Shown: positions 38,142-53,700 of the stretch, in pieces
Numbering within the stretch: position 1 is the stretch's first letter
How the letters are laid out: each line of letters opens with the position of its first letter
NCBI GenBank assembly: GCA_039096225.1
Contig: JBBPEB010000005.1
Location: 620,001 to 684,000 of the forward strand
Reading direction: 5' to 3'
From: Blastocystis sp. Blastoise
Taxonomy: Eukaryota; Protista; Bigyra: Opalinata
Length of the DNA stretch: 64,000 nt
Made by a program: the position numbers and the translations under genes
The notes under the pieces: model-generated
The model's input: only the letters and a program-made list of their open reading frames with translations
What the model was told of the DNA's origin: nothing
Database searches by the model: none

Positions 38142-38435
38142 TTAATTAATTAATGGAAAAAAAAGAGTAATGAATCAAAAGAAAAGTATCTTCACGAATA
38201 TTTTTTTTTAAATACTATAAATGTTATGAATAATCGTGAATTCTTTTGGTTAAGAAAAAGAAATCGTTTTGGGAGAAATAATTTTTCAAGTCACTTTATA
38301 CAAAATACTGTGATTATTTTAAAGAATTTATTTATAAAATAATAAATTCTAATTTGAAAAGTATATTGATCATTCATTATTATATAGTTATTTATTTTTA
38401 TCATAGTTGCATAATTTCACAAGAAGAGAGTGCAA

Positions 38436-39631
38436 ATGGCTAGAAATGAAGAAAAAGCTCATTCTATGATGAGTAAATGGACAACATTGAAGCAAAGATC
38501 TCTTCTAGGGAACGCGCAACCAAAAAGACCTTACACATCCAAATTAGGTAAATCAATTGCAGAATGTGAGATGTGGAGAAGAGATATTATTAAAGAAATT
38601 AAACAAAAACTCACTCAAATCCAAAATAGTAAATTTCATTTGTTTTTTTTTTTTTTATTTTTTGGTTTTCATAATATTTATTTTGTCATTCATTTTAAAA
38701 TAATAATAGGATATGTATTTGCTATAAATAAAATAATTACAAATAATTATAATTATTTTAAATATAGAAAATTTAGCTCCAAGTGCAATTAAAGATCTTA
38801 ATGATGATATTAATCGTTTACTTCGTGTAAAAGGTCATTGGGAACGACAAATACGTTCTTTAGGTGGTCCAAATTATGCTGCTAAAATTATAGAAGAAGA
38901 TACATTAGATCCAGGTCTCAAAACGAGTGATAATTCAGGTTATAGGTATATATATATATTGATTTTTAATGATTTTTTTTTAATTTGTTTTTTAAATTTA
39001 TTTTGTGTTAATTTTGTTATTATTAGTTTTAAATCTTATTATTATTAATATTTTAGACTCTTTATTATTACTTTTATTATTTTTATATATGATTCTAGAT
39101 ATAATTTCAATGTATATATATAAATTTTTTGTTGTTTTTTTATATAGATATTTTGGTGCTGCAAGAGATTTACCCGATGTTCAAGCTCTTTATGAAGAAA
39201 ATAAAGCTGCTCAATCTGTACATATATTATTATTTTATTCATTATTTATTGTATTTTTATATTATTATTTTTTTTTTCATTTATTTTATTATATATTAAT
39301 AATATATATAAATGATATGTATATACAGAATTATTGTATTCTTATTCTTATTATCTATATATATAGGTACATATAAAAACAAGACACGATTTATATCAAT
39401 ATATTACTCCTGATTATTATGGTTATAGAGATGAAGAAGATGGAATGCTAATTATGGCAGAAGCAGAAGCTGAACTTAGAGGTATATATATATATATATA
39501 TTCTTTATCTTATAATTATCATTTATTTATTATCATATTATTATCATATTATTATCATATTATTATCATATTATTATATAGCAATTCGTGATGAAGAAGA
39601 AAAGTGGAAGCAACAACATATTCAAGAATAA
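38436..39631 (+). CDS. ISY1: Pre-mRNA splicing factor ISY1
   Basis: [64 protein letters not shown]. Confidence 0.95.
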
Positions 39632-39982
39632 GTTAAATATATTATTTACTAGTTAATACTATTCAAGACTTTTTTGTTTGTAGATTTATTTGTTCATTAT
39701 TTGTGATGTTATTTTCCATTATTCCTTTTATATTTCTTCAAATATATATAAACGTATTTTTTTAATCTTTTGTTTACGTGAGCCTCTTATTTACACTCAT
39801 ACTATGCATATATTTTTTAATTAAGCAATATTTCCATTCATCAACAATATTTTCCTTATTGTATTCAAAAAGAATGCTCATTACTAAACAGTGATCTTAT
39901 CAAACAGGATTATCATTTTAAAATAGCCAAGTTTTCTGACTAGATGACCTAAAAATCAAAGAAGACATTAATCGAAAGTTCG

Positions 39983-40080
39983 CCGCCAAATTATTTTATT
40001 CACGGGAATACCATATTTTTCACCCAATCAAAAAATAGAAATGATCCTAAAACCAATAGAATGAATCAAGTCTTTCGCGG
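39983..40080. promoter_or_regulatory. PCNA promoter: two E2F-like sites and two CCAAT boxes
   Basis: CCGCCAAA (=TTTGGCGG) at 39983-39990, TTTCGCGG at 40073-40080, CCAAT at 40024 and 40053. Confidence 0.55.
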
Positions 40081-40198
40081 TACTTTCATTTGGTTCAAAT
40101 AACATTTATTCAGAAATTATTTATTCGATCATCGACTAAAAGTCTTTATTTTTTAACTGTATATTTATAGATGATGCTATAGATTAATTGATATTTAG

Positions 40199-41300
<1,102 letters not shown>

Positions 41301-41628
41301 ATATAAAGTTTTATATTTATATATGTATTTATTACAAGATAATCATATTCTTCTTTTTTATTTTTCATTTAATATCTTTGGTACTCTTTTTTTATAAATA
41401 TCATTCAACATATTTATGATTCAATAATTCATTTTTCCTTTTTTTCTTGTATATTGTCATTATTCTTTAGACAATAATTGTTTTATTTAATCAAGACTTC
41501 TTTTAATTTTATTTTTTTTTTTATTTGTATTGCCTTATAATTTGTTTAGTTGATTTTCTTTACTATTCATAAAAATATACACACAAAAATATGTTAATTA
41601 CTTTAAAACATATATATAAATATATTTA

Positions 41629-41921
41629 TTAAGCCATAGAAAAAAAACTAGTAAGACTTGTTTGAGTTCCAGAATTCTTCCTATATATACTAATAGTAAA
41701 TAAATAAATAATTATATACTTTCCTTTTCCTTTTGGCTTGGTAGTTTTAATTGTATTTTTAATAGTATTATTATTACTATTATTAGTAGTAGTAGTAGTA
41801 TTATGAATAGAACGAGGAGGAGATGATAAAGATGGAGGTATAGAATACTCACTTTTTACAGCAGGAAATACTACAGTATTCTTATCATCAGTCATAGAAT
41901 TATTATTATTATTAGTATTAT

Positions 41922-41954
<33 letters not shown>

Positions 41955-41957
41955 TAC

Positions 41958-41999
<42 letters not shown>

Positions 42000-42895
42000 T
42001 AATATTACTATTATATGAACTACCATTAGAAGTTGGTGTTTTTGATGTTTCAAAATAGGTAGCAGAAGAAGAAGAAGATAGAGGAGTTAATACTTCTAAA
42101 TTCTCACGGTTATTTTCAGTTAAAGCTTGTGTTTGAGATTGCTCATATTCTGCTTTATCCATCCACACTTCAGTTTCATATTCAAATCCACGTGAATCTA
42201 CAAATGTCTTTTTTACTAATATCTTTTCCCCGTGGTTATTATTCATATTAGAAACCTTAGCATTATTAAAATTAACAGCTGTAAAATTATCACTAAAAAT
42301 ATTTTTAATAAATAGAATTATTATTATTATATATATATATATACATTGAACCAACATAATTTTTTTCTTTCTTTACTTTTACTATATATATATTAATATA
42401 TAATAATATATATATATACCTTTTTCTTGTTTTACATTAATTTCATCTTCTTCATCATCATCCTGCATAATAACATTCTTTCGTTTCTATATATATACAT
42501 AATATAGATATAGCATAATATATTGGATAATATAGATATAGCATAATATATTTGATAATATAGATATATATGTATATATTAGCATTATATGTATATATAC
42601 ATGTTGTGTGAGGATAGCTTGTTCCTGAATTTTCAATTCTTGCTCATCTATTTCAGTATCAAATAAATCATCACTTTCTTCATTATCAAAAGGATCTTCT
42701 TCTTCTTCTTTTACTTCTACTTTAGCGACTTTAGAATTCTTTTTATTCTTTGGCTCCTGCTTTACACGTGATGGAGAAAATGATGATTGTATATTAGATA
42801 TCTAGAAGTATATATATATATATATAGTATATATATATATTGTATATATAAAATAATATACATTTGTTTTTGTCATATCTTCACCAGGATTCTTA

Positions 42896-42961
<66 letters not shown>

Positions 42962-43821
42962 TTGAAGTGAAAAAGGAAACAAATTCTTTCTTTTTATTAG
43001 AAATATCTATATACATATATAGTATATATATGTATATATATATATATATAAATTACTTTCAGATTTTACTTTAATAGGAGCAGGAACATCCCTATATATA
43101 TATATATATACATATACATAATCTATAGTATATAATTTTACAACAGAATAATAATAATAATAATAATATATATATACACTTCAAGTTGTTTAGGAATTGA
43201 TTTATGAATAATAACATTTTTCATATTAATTGAAGTATTCATTATAGGAAAACTATATATATATAACATATATATATCCATTTTCATGATTATTATGTTT
43301 ATAAACAATAAATATACATGAATTTTCCTTGATTGATAGAATACATAGTATTATATTCTTGAGCAATTGTTGTACAAATCTAATTATTTTATTAGTTTAG
43401 ATATATAGCGAATATATATATACAGCATTAGAATTTAATTCTAGATCTTTCATTTGAATAGAATAAACATGATAGGAAGAAATAACAGAAAATTGAGATT
43501 TCTTTTCTAAGGGAATATATCTCATATAGATATATAGCTGTAAGTTTATATATACCCTCTAGATCCTTATTGTTAACAAGGCAAACAGAAATATGGCCAT
43601 CTTTAATACCTGTAATTGAATAAACAACAATAACTTGATCTTTCATTACTTCAACTAATTCACTCATTATCCTTAATATGCAAATAAACTAATCAATTAA
43701 TTTTATCATACTTTTTAGCAAGTGAAGAATCTACAGACAACTCACACATAATTGTCGGAATTGTTATCACTTCTTTCAAGTCTTCTAACTTGATTCGTAT
43801 AGCTTTAACCAATCCCTCCAT
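41629..43821 (-). CDS. POLD3: DNA polymerase delta subunit 3 (Cdc27/p66)
   Basis: KKTFVDSRGFEYETEVW motif, C-terminal PIP box QTSLTSFF, N-terminal VVYSITG segment, low-complexity middle; many small exons. Confidence 0.85.
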
Positions 43822-43956
43822 GTTTATTAATTAAATATTATTAAGAATTATGAACCCGTATTTTTTTGTAATTATTTTTAAAGTTTCACAACAAAATCAA
43901 CTAATAACCGTAAATTTAAATTTTTTGAACAAAATTTTTTTTAGATTAGAATTATC

Positions 43957-44807
43957 ATGGGTAGACATCATCGAAGTTCTTCAAGAGATTCCAGAAAATC
44001 AGAAAGTCCTGATCGTCGTGATAGTAGATATAAGGACAGAGATTATTCTCGTCGTCACGAAAGTACTCGTGATTCCAGACGTGATCAAGATTCCAGTCGT
44101 CATCGTGATTACAGTAGAGATGATAGATATAATAAATATGAATCATCTTCTAGAAGATTAGAGACTTCACGTAAACGACATGAATCTCCTTCTGAAGATA
44201 GAAAGCGTTCAAAAAGAGATTTAAGTAAAGACAAGAATGTTTCTAAACCTAAAGAAGTTCCTGTAAATGATAGCCAACAAAAACAGAAAGATAATCAGAA
44301 AACTATACCAAAAGAAGTTCCTACAAATCCTAAGAATACTTTATCATTATTATTTAAACAACAATCTGCAGATAATGAGTCTCCAAAAGTAGCATCTCCT
44401 ATTCCTGCTGTATGTTTTATATATTTTATTGATTTTTTGGTTAAATACTATTTTTACATTTATTTATGTTTATTATAGTCATCTCCAGTGCCAACAAATG
44501 TGAATTCTACATTTAATATAAATATGTTAACAGAATTTGAAAAACAATTACAAGAGACATTAGCTACAATCACAACAAATACTTCAAATACTACAACAAC
44601 CAATGTAGTGAAAGGATTAAGTACAACAAATAAACGTGTATTTCGTATAGATTCCCAAGGGAGAGAAGTCGATGAAGATGGTCATGTCATTTCTAGTTCT
44701 GTTATTAAACCAGAAGCAACGTTACTTATTAATAGAAATAAACAACAATCAAGTAGTCTTAATCCGTATATATGTTTATTATTATATGTTTATTATGTTT
44801 ATCTGTG

Positions 44808-44850
<43 letters not shown>

Positions 44851-45694
44851 GTTTATTATTATTATAGTTATTTATCACATATGGATATAAAACCGCGTAA
44901 AAAGGGATTTGGTGCCGATATAGTAGATCCATCTATTCATATTAGAAACCGAGATAACCGCGGGAAAAAGGGTCTTCAATTTGTAGCTGAAGGTAGTATA
45001 TCTCGTAAAGCTGATCAAATACGTAATAAATATGTGCGTGAATTAATTAGTCAAGAAACAACTCAAGGACCAAAAGAAGAAGATATTCAAATTAATACTA
45101 ATGTATATATATATATATATGGTTTTTTATTTATAAACTTTTTATTTATTTTTTTTTTTCTTCTTTTTTTAAAATTATGTGTATTATCTAGTAACATTTA
45201 AAATTATTATATTTTTATTATATATATATATATAGTTTGCTCCTGTTGAACCTGTTTCTCCTTCAACTACTTCTCCCACGGATAAAACTATATCTCCCGC
45301 TTTAGAATCATCTATTCCCGCGGGAAATAATGGCTTTACTTTACCTCCTCCTCTTCATAATCCAGTCCCTCAATTCGAATGGTGGGATCGTACATTCTTA
45401 CCTGAAGATTTGGCGGGACAATTTAAATCTATACATGATGTTGTTATGGGCGTTAATTATGACATGTGCTCATTAGAAAATTGTGAAACAAAAGAGTATA
45501 TTATTATTATTATTTATTATATTTATTATATTTATTATTATTATTATGTTTATTATTATTATTATTATTACTATATATATATATATATAGATTAGTGCAT
45601 CACCCTGTACCTATAGAGAGAAATAAAGAGGATGATACCAAAGTATTACCTATCATGCAAACCAAACAAGTATATATATATAGTTGTTTATACA

Positions 45695-45758
<64 letters not shown>

Positions 45759-46020
45759 GGAGCGTAAGAAGATTCGACGTCAACACCGTGCAGAGCGTGT
45801 GGAGGAACAACGTTTGAGAATTCAGGCGGAACTAGAACCTGCTCCTGCTCCTAAAGTATATATATATATATATTATAAACGCTTTGTTATACTATTTTAA
45901 AATATTATATATATAATATAGTTTAATGATAGATATAGTTTTATATTCTTATTCACTTTTATTAAAATATTATTATAATAATCTTATTATTATAATATTC
46001 ATAGTATTTATGATTATATG

Positions 46021-46056
<36 letters not shown>

Positions 46057-46209
46057 GTTGAATATGCGTAATTATCGATTAATCCTTAAGGATGAGGCTA
46101 TAGCTAATCCCAGTGCTACTGAAATGATGGTCAAGAAACAGATCGAAGCGAGAAAACAAGCGCATGAACAAAGAAACCAAGAAGGGTATATATATATGTT
46201 TATCTGAGA

Positions 46210-46260
<51 letters not shown>

Positions 46261-46278
46261 GTTTATTATTATTATTAA

Positions 46279-46365
<87 letters not shown>

Positions 46366-47314
46366 GTAAGTTAACTGCAGAAGAGAAGAGAGCTAAGATG
46401 ATTCGAAAGATAATAGGAGATAAGACAGGAGATACCTATGTAGCTGTATATAGAGTTAATCATTTAGATGACCCTCGTATTCAATTTAAAGTCACTGTCA
46501 ATGCTAATCAAAATCATCTAACAGGAATTGTATATATATAGAATATATTTATTTAACAGATATATATATATATATATTTATTTATTTATTTTTTAATATT
46601 TATTCGTTTACCTTTTTTTTTATTGATTAAATTATAATATATATTTTAAGAGTAAATGAATAAATATATATATATATATATAGGCATTAACAGTACCTAC
46701 AAGTGAGTGTTGTTGTATATATGTCGAAGGAACCAAAAAGTCAATAAAACGATATCATAAATTGATGACTCGTCGAATTCAATGGTCAGAAAATAATGAT
46801 GATGAAGAAGAAGAAGAAGAGGAAGAAGAAGAAAGTGAAGATAATAATAATAATAATAATATGGAAATAGAAGACGGAACAAATACAGAAATAAAATCAA
46901 AACCAAAAACTAAAAAGAATGGATGTGTTGTTATTTGGCAAGTATATATATATATATATATAGTTAAATATAGAAAAATATAGTTTTTATATTATTTATT
47001 ATATATATTTTTATATTCCTGTATAATAGTATATAATATAGAATAATATAATATAATATAATATAATATAATATAATATAATATAATATAATATAATATA
47101 ATATAATATAATATAATATAATATAATATAATATAATATAATATAATATAATCTATGAATATAGGGTATTTCAAAGAAGCCCTTCTTTACTACATTTAAT
47201 GTTGAAGTATGTAAAACGAACGAGGAAGCTCATAAATTGATGGAAATGAAGGGTCTTGTTCAACATTGGGATGCTTGTATTAACTATAAACCAGAAGTCA
47301 ACTCTTTATTCTAA
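43957..47314 (+). CDS. PRP3: U4/U6 snRNP protein Prp3
   Basis: EWWD, VHHPVPIE, ERKKIRRQ, HEQRNQE, FKVTVNANQNHLTG, VEGTKKSIKRYHKLMTRRIQW, CVVIWQG. Confidence 0.95.
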
Positions 47315-47584
47315 AGAATATACACTTATATATATATATATTTGATTTGTGAATTTTTTGTTTTATATAGTTATGTGTTATTAATATATACATTAATTTA
47401 AATATTTTATGCATTGTTTTGTTCTTTTTTAATTGAATAATATTCTTAACAACAATACTCATTATCTTAATATGAATTTATAAGATTAAGTATATTCACA
47501 TAAATAATACAACAAGAAGACTTGTCTAAATAATTAAAACATTAAATAAATAACTAAATTAAAATACATTCTATATATAAAATG

Positions 47585-50500
47585 TTAATCAAAATAATCA
47601 TCTAAATTAAAATTTGGTTGTAACATAATATATTTAATATGTCCTATATATAATTGATTTAATATCAAGTTTTCAATAGCTTCTTCTAATCCAGTTTCAC
47701 CCAATAATACTGCACCTATTACGCGATCATTCAGTAATACTAATTTCACCATATCTTTTCCTATAGTATATTATAGCATATATATGTATATTATAATTTC
47801 TATTGATTACCATGATATTATAAGAAACATAAAGATTATATACTATCAATAAATATCTTATAATAGTATCATATGATATATATGTGTAAAAATCATTAAT
47901 TGAATAATCATCTATATATATATATATATACCTTGTATTTCTCGTCGTATAATTTCAACATCCAAATTATTTTCTTCATCATGAATAATTCCCACGGGTA
48001 TTGTCTCCACCTGTTGACGAATCGATAATGGTAAATTCTGACCATTATATAATCCCTATATATATATAATAATTTTATTCAATAATGATACTTATATATA
48101 TATATAATAATTTTATTCAAAAATGAATACTTTTATATTTATATATATATAATAATTTGATTCAATAATGAATATATATATATATATATATATAATTTGA
48201 TTCAAAAATGAATACTTATATATATATACTAGTAAAATAACTTTAAATCCAAATATATATGTAGAATGAGCAAATAAATCGAAACACAATCCTTTTTCTA
48301 ACAGATCCTCATTCGTCATCATATTTAGCGCGGCTTCTTTTCCCTCCAAAATTGCCTATATAATAATGTAATACATATAAGTAGAAAAATATAGATTGTA
48401 AATAAATGGCAATTACTATTATAACTAAACAAAATAATATATACATATACATACTTGACTCCATAATTTCATTTGAAACCATACTTTAGGGCGGGAAAGA
48501 ATGGCGGGAACTGAAAAATGAACTTCACAAACATCTCCAGCAGCATATCTGTATATATATTTAATAAAATATAATAATTATAGTTAATATATACACTATA
48601 AATAATAAAGATATATATAATAACCATAATAATATAGATCGAATTAAATTGTTATTATTCTATATTATTGACTATTTTAATCAAAAAAAAGAATATATAA
48701 AGAATATATATATATACATATTTTTAATTCCTTGTACTTGTAAATGTTCATCAACGATTAATTCTCCATTATTTGAATATGGATATATAGCTGTAGAAAC
48801 AGAAAGAGGAGACTTGAGAAAGGAGAGGTTGGGGTGAATACCTATTGCTGACAACTATATACATATATATATAAGATGTTTAATAATGATTAGAATAATA
48901 ATGGTAAAATGAATAATAAAGTAAGTGATGAAAATATCCTTTTAAAGTGTATAGTTGTAAAATATTATATATATATATGAAATATATAAAAATAAATTAT
49001 GATACGTTTATAATATGTATATACAGTGAGAATATTAAAAGAAAATATTATATATATACCATAAAATCACATCCATAAATCTTATTATTATTAAGTAATA
49101 TATATAAATTCCACAATTCTTTTTTATCTTTGTCTTTATAGAGATCTTCTTCTGGTATATATATCTCTTTTGTATATAATAATCCCTCTACTGTATACCA
49201 CTGCATATCTTTCTCTTTATATGCTTTTATTTGAGAACATTCTTCCCGAATTATAGAATTACTATATATATGTATATATAAGATTATAATCAAAAGAATA
49301 GTATTAATCATCATCGTATTATATACATATTGAATGTAATAATTATGTTATATATATGACAATAAGAATACGTGATATATGAATATATAATTTTAAAAAA
49401 AATAATTAATAATACTATTAAATATTACTTTAAATGTTCTGAACTTTGCTGAAATTGTTGATTAAAAGCTCGATGCCAGTTGGGTCCAAGACCGGGGCCT
49501 GATGAATTCATATTATTATCTTTATTATCATCTTTATTATTACCTTTATTATTATCTTTATTATTATCTTTATTATTATCTTTATTATCTTTATTATTAT
49601 CTTTATTATCATCTTTATTATTATCTTTATCATCTTTATTATTATCTTTATTATTATCTTTATTATCAAATGAATAGATATTTGCTTGATTTATATTATT
49701 AGTACTGGTATAAGTATCATATATATATAGATCTTCTTCTATATATATATTATAATATATATTGAAACAATATAATAATAGATTAAAAGAAAAGGTTTAC
49801 AATATTCAAAAGCATAATAAACATATATTAAATATAATTTAACTAGAATTCTATATTTTTTTTAAATACTTAAATATTATATATATATAATATACTATAA
49901 TAACATATATATACATACCTAAAGAATCATAAAGATCTCTATGTTTATGTATATAGGGAGATAAAAATAATGATGATTCTTTATCTAAAAATGTATGACC
50001 AATATAATCATGTTTATATATCCATATTATATCTATATTTATAATCTATAGATAGTAATTAATACAAATAGAAAAAGAAATTGAATACATTTTTTTAATT
50101 CTTTTTATACACATAAATATTATTATATATAAAGTAACAATATATATATATATATAAAGTAATATGTATAGAGAAGAATATACTGTATTAATGAAATCAA
50201 TTGCGACACCCCCATTTCCATATAAAATAACTCGTTTTGATGTTTGTAATTGATCATTTAAATAATGAAGACTCTATATATGGAATATTCAAATACATAA
50301 TGTGAAAGATAGTTATGATTATTTAACATCTGCTTACATCAATATCTCGAAGTCCACATATATATTGACTTTTAAATGGAAATTTTGGACTTCCACCCGT
50401 AGCAATAAGTAATTTATCATAGTAATATTGTCCATTCTCTGTCATCAAGTATTGTTCTTTTGCATGAATACCAGTTACGCTAGTTTTGATAAAATCAATA

Positions 50501-50788
50501 TTTTTATATTTCTCAGTAAGCTCAGAAGATTTACTAAAGAATATAAGTCAGATCAGTTAGTATACCTTTCTTTTACATTAAAATTGAGAAGATGATCAGA
50601 TGCCTGACTAACTAATGATGCCTACAAAAATATATATTATATTGTTGAGATTCAAAATGTAGTACAATTTTAATGATTTCAAATGGTGATATAATTGCAA
50701 TTGAGCAACTATCATTATTACGCGATAAAACTTCTGCAGCTGTTACTCCAGCAACTCCTCCACCAATAATAATATAATTGTACTTCAT
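47585..50788 (-). CDS. PYROXD1: Pyridine nucleotide-disulfide oxidoreductase domain protein 1
   Basis: GGGVAG, YDKLLIATG, GNGGVA, LGPNW, YAAGDVC, WFQMKLWSQ, FDLFAHST, GETGLEEAIENLILNQ, C-terminal DDYFD. Confidence 0.93.
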
Positions 50789-53700
50789 TTATATCTTAAA
50801 TTCACGTTTATCAATAGAAAAAAACACTTTTGTTACAAACCTTAGTTTTATTTTTTCTAGTAACGCCGCTATGAATTGTTTGTGAATTTTATGATCATAC
50901 AGTAATGAAGATTTCTTTCTTAACATTTTAGCGCAATAAAACTAAATTGATTTAATTGGTATTATCGTGATGTGCGTATTTTACTGTTATTAAAAGAATA
51001 CAGAAATAGTAATTTATAGCTTAATTTATATTTTTTGAAATATTGAAGCTATGCTAAAATCAAATAAAGTAAATGAAGTGTTCTGACTGTCAATTAATTA
51101 TCACGAGTTAAGATGCTTCCTTATTCAGCTTATGCTCAGTATGTAGGTCATATATAATTCAATATCCTTTTTTCTTACTTCCTAATGATTTTATTTTATT
51201 TTTATCATTACTTCACCAAAATCAGAAATTTGATTTTATTTCTTATTTACGCTATTAAAATATTGTTCGTACTAATCGTCGGCATACTTTTAAATACAGC
51301 TATTCAAATGGATTCAACAATACAAAAAATATCATAAATGAATCAAACATGATGAAAAAACTAAATAAAGGTATATAAACACAAAAAGAACTAAATTTTA
51401 TATTTTACACGATAAGAGAAATGGGAATAAATAAAAATGAAGCTTTTAACGAAAGGCATTTTCTAATAATTATATATGATAGGTACTTGTACTCGTTATT
51501 TGAATGATAACACTATATGTGTTATAGTTTTGATATGTTTTGAATAAAGATATATTATTTAAAAACAAAAGAAACGGAAAACAAGACACCCAAAAATTGA
51601 ATTATGACCTAATTATCATTTCAATACATTTAGAAACATTGTATAGACACTTATAAAGTATATAAATGACAATCACATTCAAAAAATATTTTTAAATATA
51701 ATTTCTAGCAATTGATACAAATATACTAAAGGAAATAATATAAAAATCCCACAAATGATTTTTTTTTATTTTTATTTTCGTTATTGTTGTCAAATGAATG
51801 TTTTGACATTAGTTTATTCATACACACTTTATGATATATCATATACAACACTTTCTACACGCATTTTAGATTTTTATAAATTGCGTCTGAAAATCATATA
51901 CTCTTATTTGAATTTCAGTTATTTTTTAGTAGGTTTATATCTTTAGAGAGTATTCCTGACAGTATATAAAGTACTATAAATACGTCTAAGTCAAAGAACA
52001 ACTTTTTTTTTGTTAAAAAAAAAATTAGCGTAAACTCGTAACAAAACGGGAATGCTGTAATTTTTGCCCAAATGATTCTCTCAATTCACGAGGAATCATC
52101 ATTTTTTCAGTTCTTTAGGTGTAATTTGAAGAAATCACAAATTAGGGGTGATTTCTGTTTGATTTCACCTGATTCATGGGAGTAACCGAGATTTTTTATT
52201 CATATAAGACAACCTACTTTTTTTTACGAGAATGGACAACCCTAGGTTGTCCGTCGCTAGAATCAATAGAAATAACTTGGTACGCGCTAAAAGTCGGAAG
52301 TTTTATTTTTCATTATTTTGTTGATTCTATTGAATATACAATAATTTTATGATAATTTATAGAAACATAAAGAAAACTATATGGCTTATTTGAAATCCTT
52401 ATAAAATATAAACGATTACAACCTTATTTTTAAGTGTAGATTGCATTATTTTAATTCTAATTATTAGTCTTCTTAGAGTAAATATGTGTTGAATGTATAA
52501 AAACTGCTTTTCAAAGCTTTTCCTATACAAAAATAACATCACTTTTTTATGTTCACTATTTCCTTTTTCATAGTATATCATAACATACTGCATATATATA
52601 CTATAATTTAATGTTTTTCATACTCTATTTCAAGTTATGAGTTCTACAATAAACTAATGTAAATATTAAAAAAACAAAATATGAATTCATCTGTTTATGA
52701 CGTTTTAACCAATAGAATTAGGTGGAAAGTTAACGGCAACAGTATGGAAAATGATTGACCGTTAGAAATCCACCGAAAAGGCACTATAAAAACAAATTGG
52801 GTGGGCTCTATAAATTCTGACCAATTTTGTGGGAAGAACCGTCCTCTTTTCTTATAGAAATTCTCTTGGGAAAAGCTCAAAAATAAGGGGAAAAAATAAA
52901 CTGTTTTTGTTCTAGATGATAATCACGGGAGGAAATTAATTGGCAGTGATTTCTGCTTTCTTTTCCTTTTGGCCATTTATGACTCAAACGCGTATTATTC
53001 TCGACTCAACACCTCTATACTTTCTACAGTACGTTTCCGGCAAAATGCAACAAAAAAAAATTTCAAAAAATACCAATAAAATCTGTGAGCAACGATATTT
53101 CAAAAAGCGCGTTAGAGATTCAAAGACATGGAAAAAGGACAACTGCCTAGTTTGACCAGCTGATATTCGATAAAAGGCGAGTTATTAAAAAATGTTTTAA
53201 ATATTCATTCATTTTCATTTAATTATATATATAATTTTACATGTTTATACGTTTGATTGTGGTTTTAATGCATATAAAGAACTGTTAATGAAAGAAAAGA
53301 ATAACTAGAATTATGCTTCACGAATTGTTTTGACGTTAAATTCGATAAATCATGAATGGATCATTTAATACAAATCAAAAAAGCATCAATCTATGTACCA
53401 TTCTGTGAATCTATGCGTTTTTAACTTTTTTTACTGTAATGTGAGTTATAAATGTCAATAAAGAAAATACTTGTTTTCTAAGATATCAACGTCATAGCTG
53501 ATAATACTCTAAAGTGACTGAATTAATAAATAACTATATATTTCTATCTCCATCAGTGTCATTAAAGAGATCGTAAAGAAAATTGCTTAGACTTGATCAA
53601 TTATATTGAGTGACTTTAACAACTATTAAAAGACTGACGAATTGATATGATTTTTGTCATTATATATTTATTTATTTAATTGATGTGTTTTTTTTATATA

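Noticed and set aside
51755-53155. Short ORFs in the PYROXD1-CCCH interval
   Set aside because: Mostly non-ATG starts, no motifs and no consistent splice structure.
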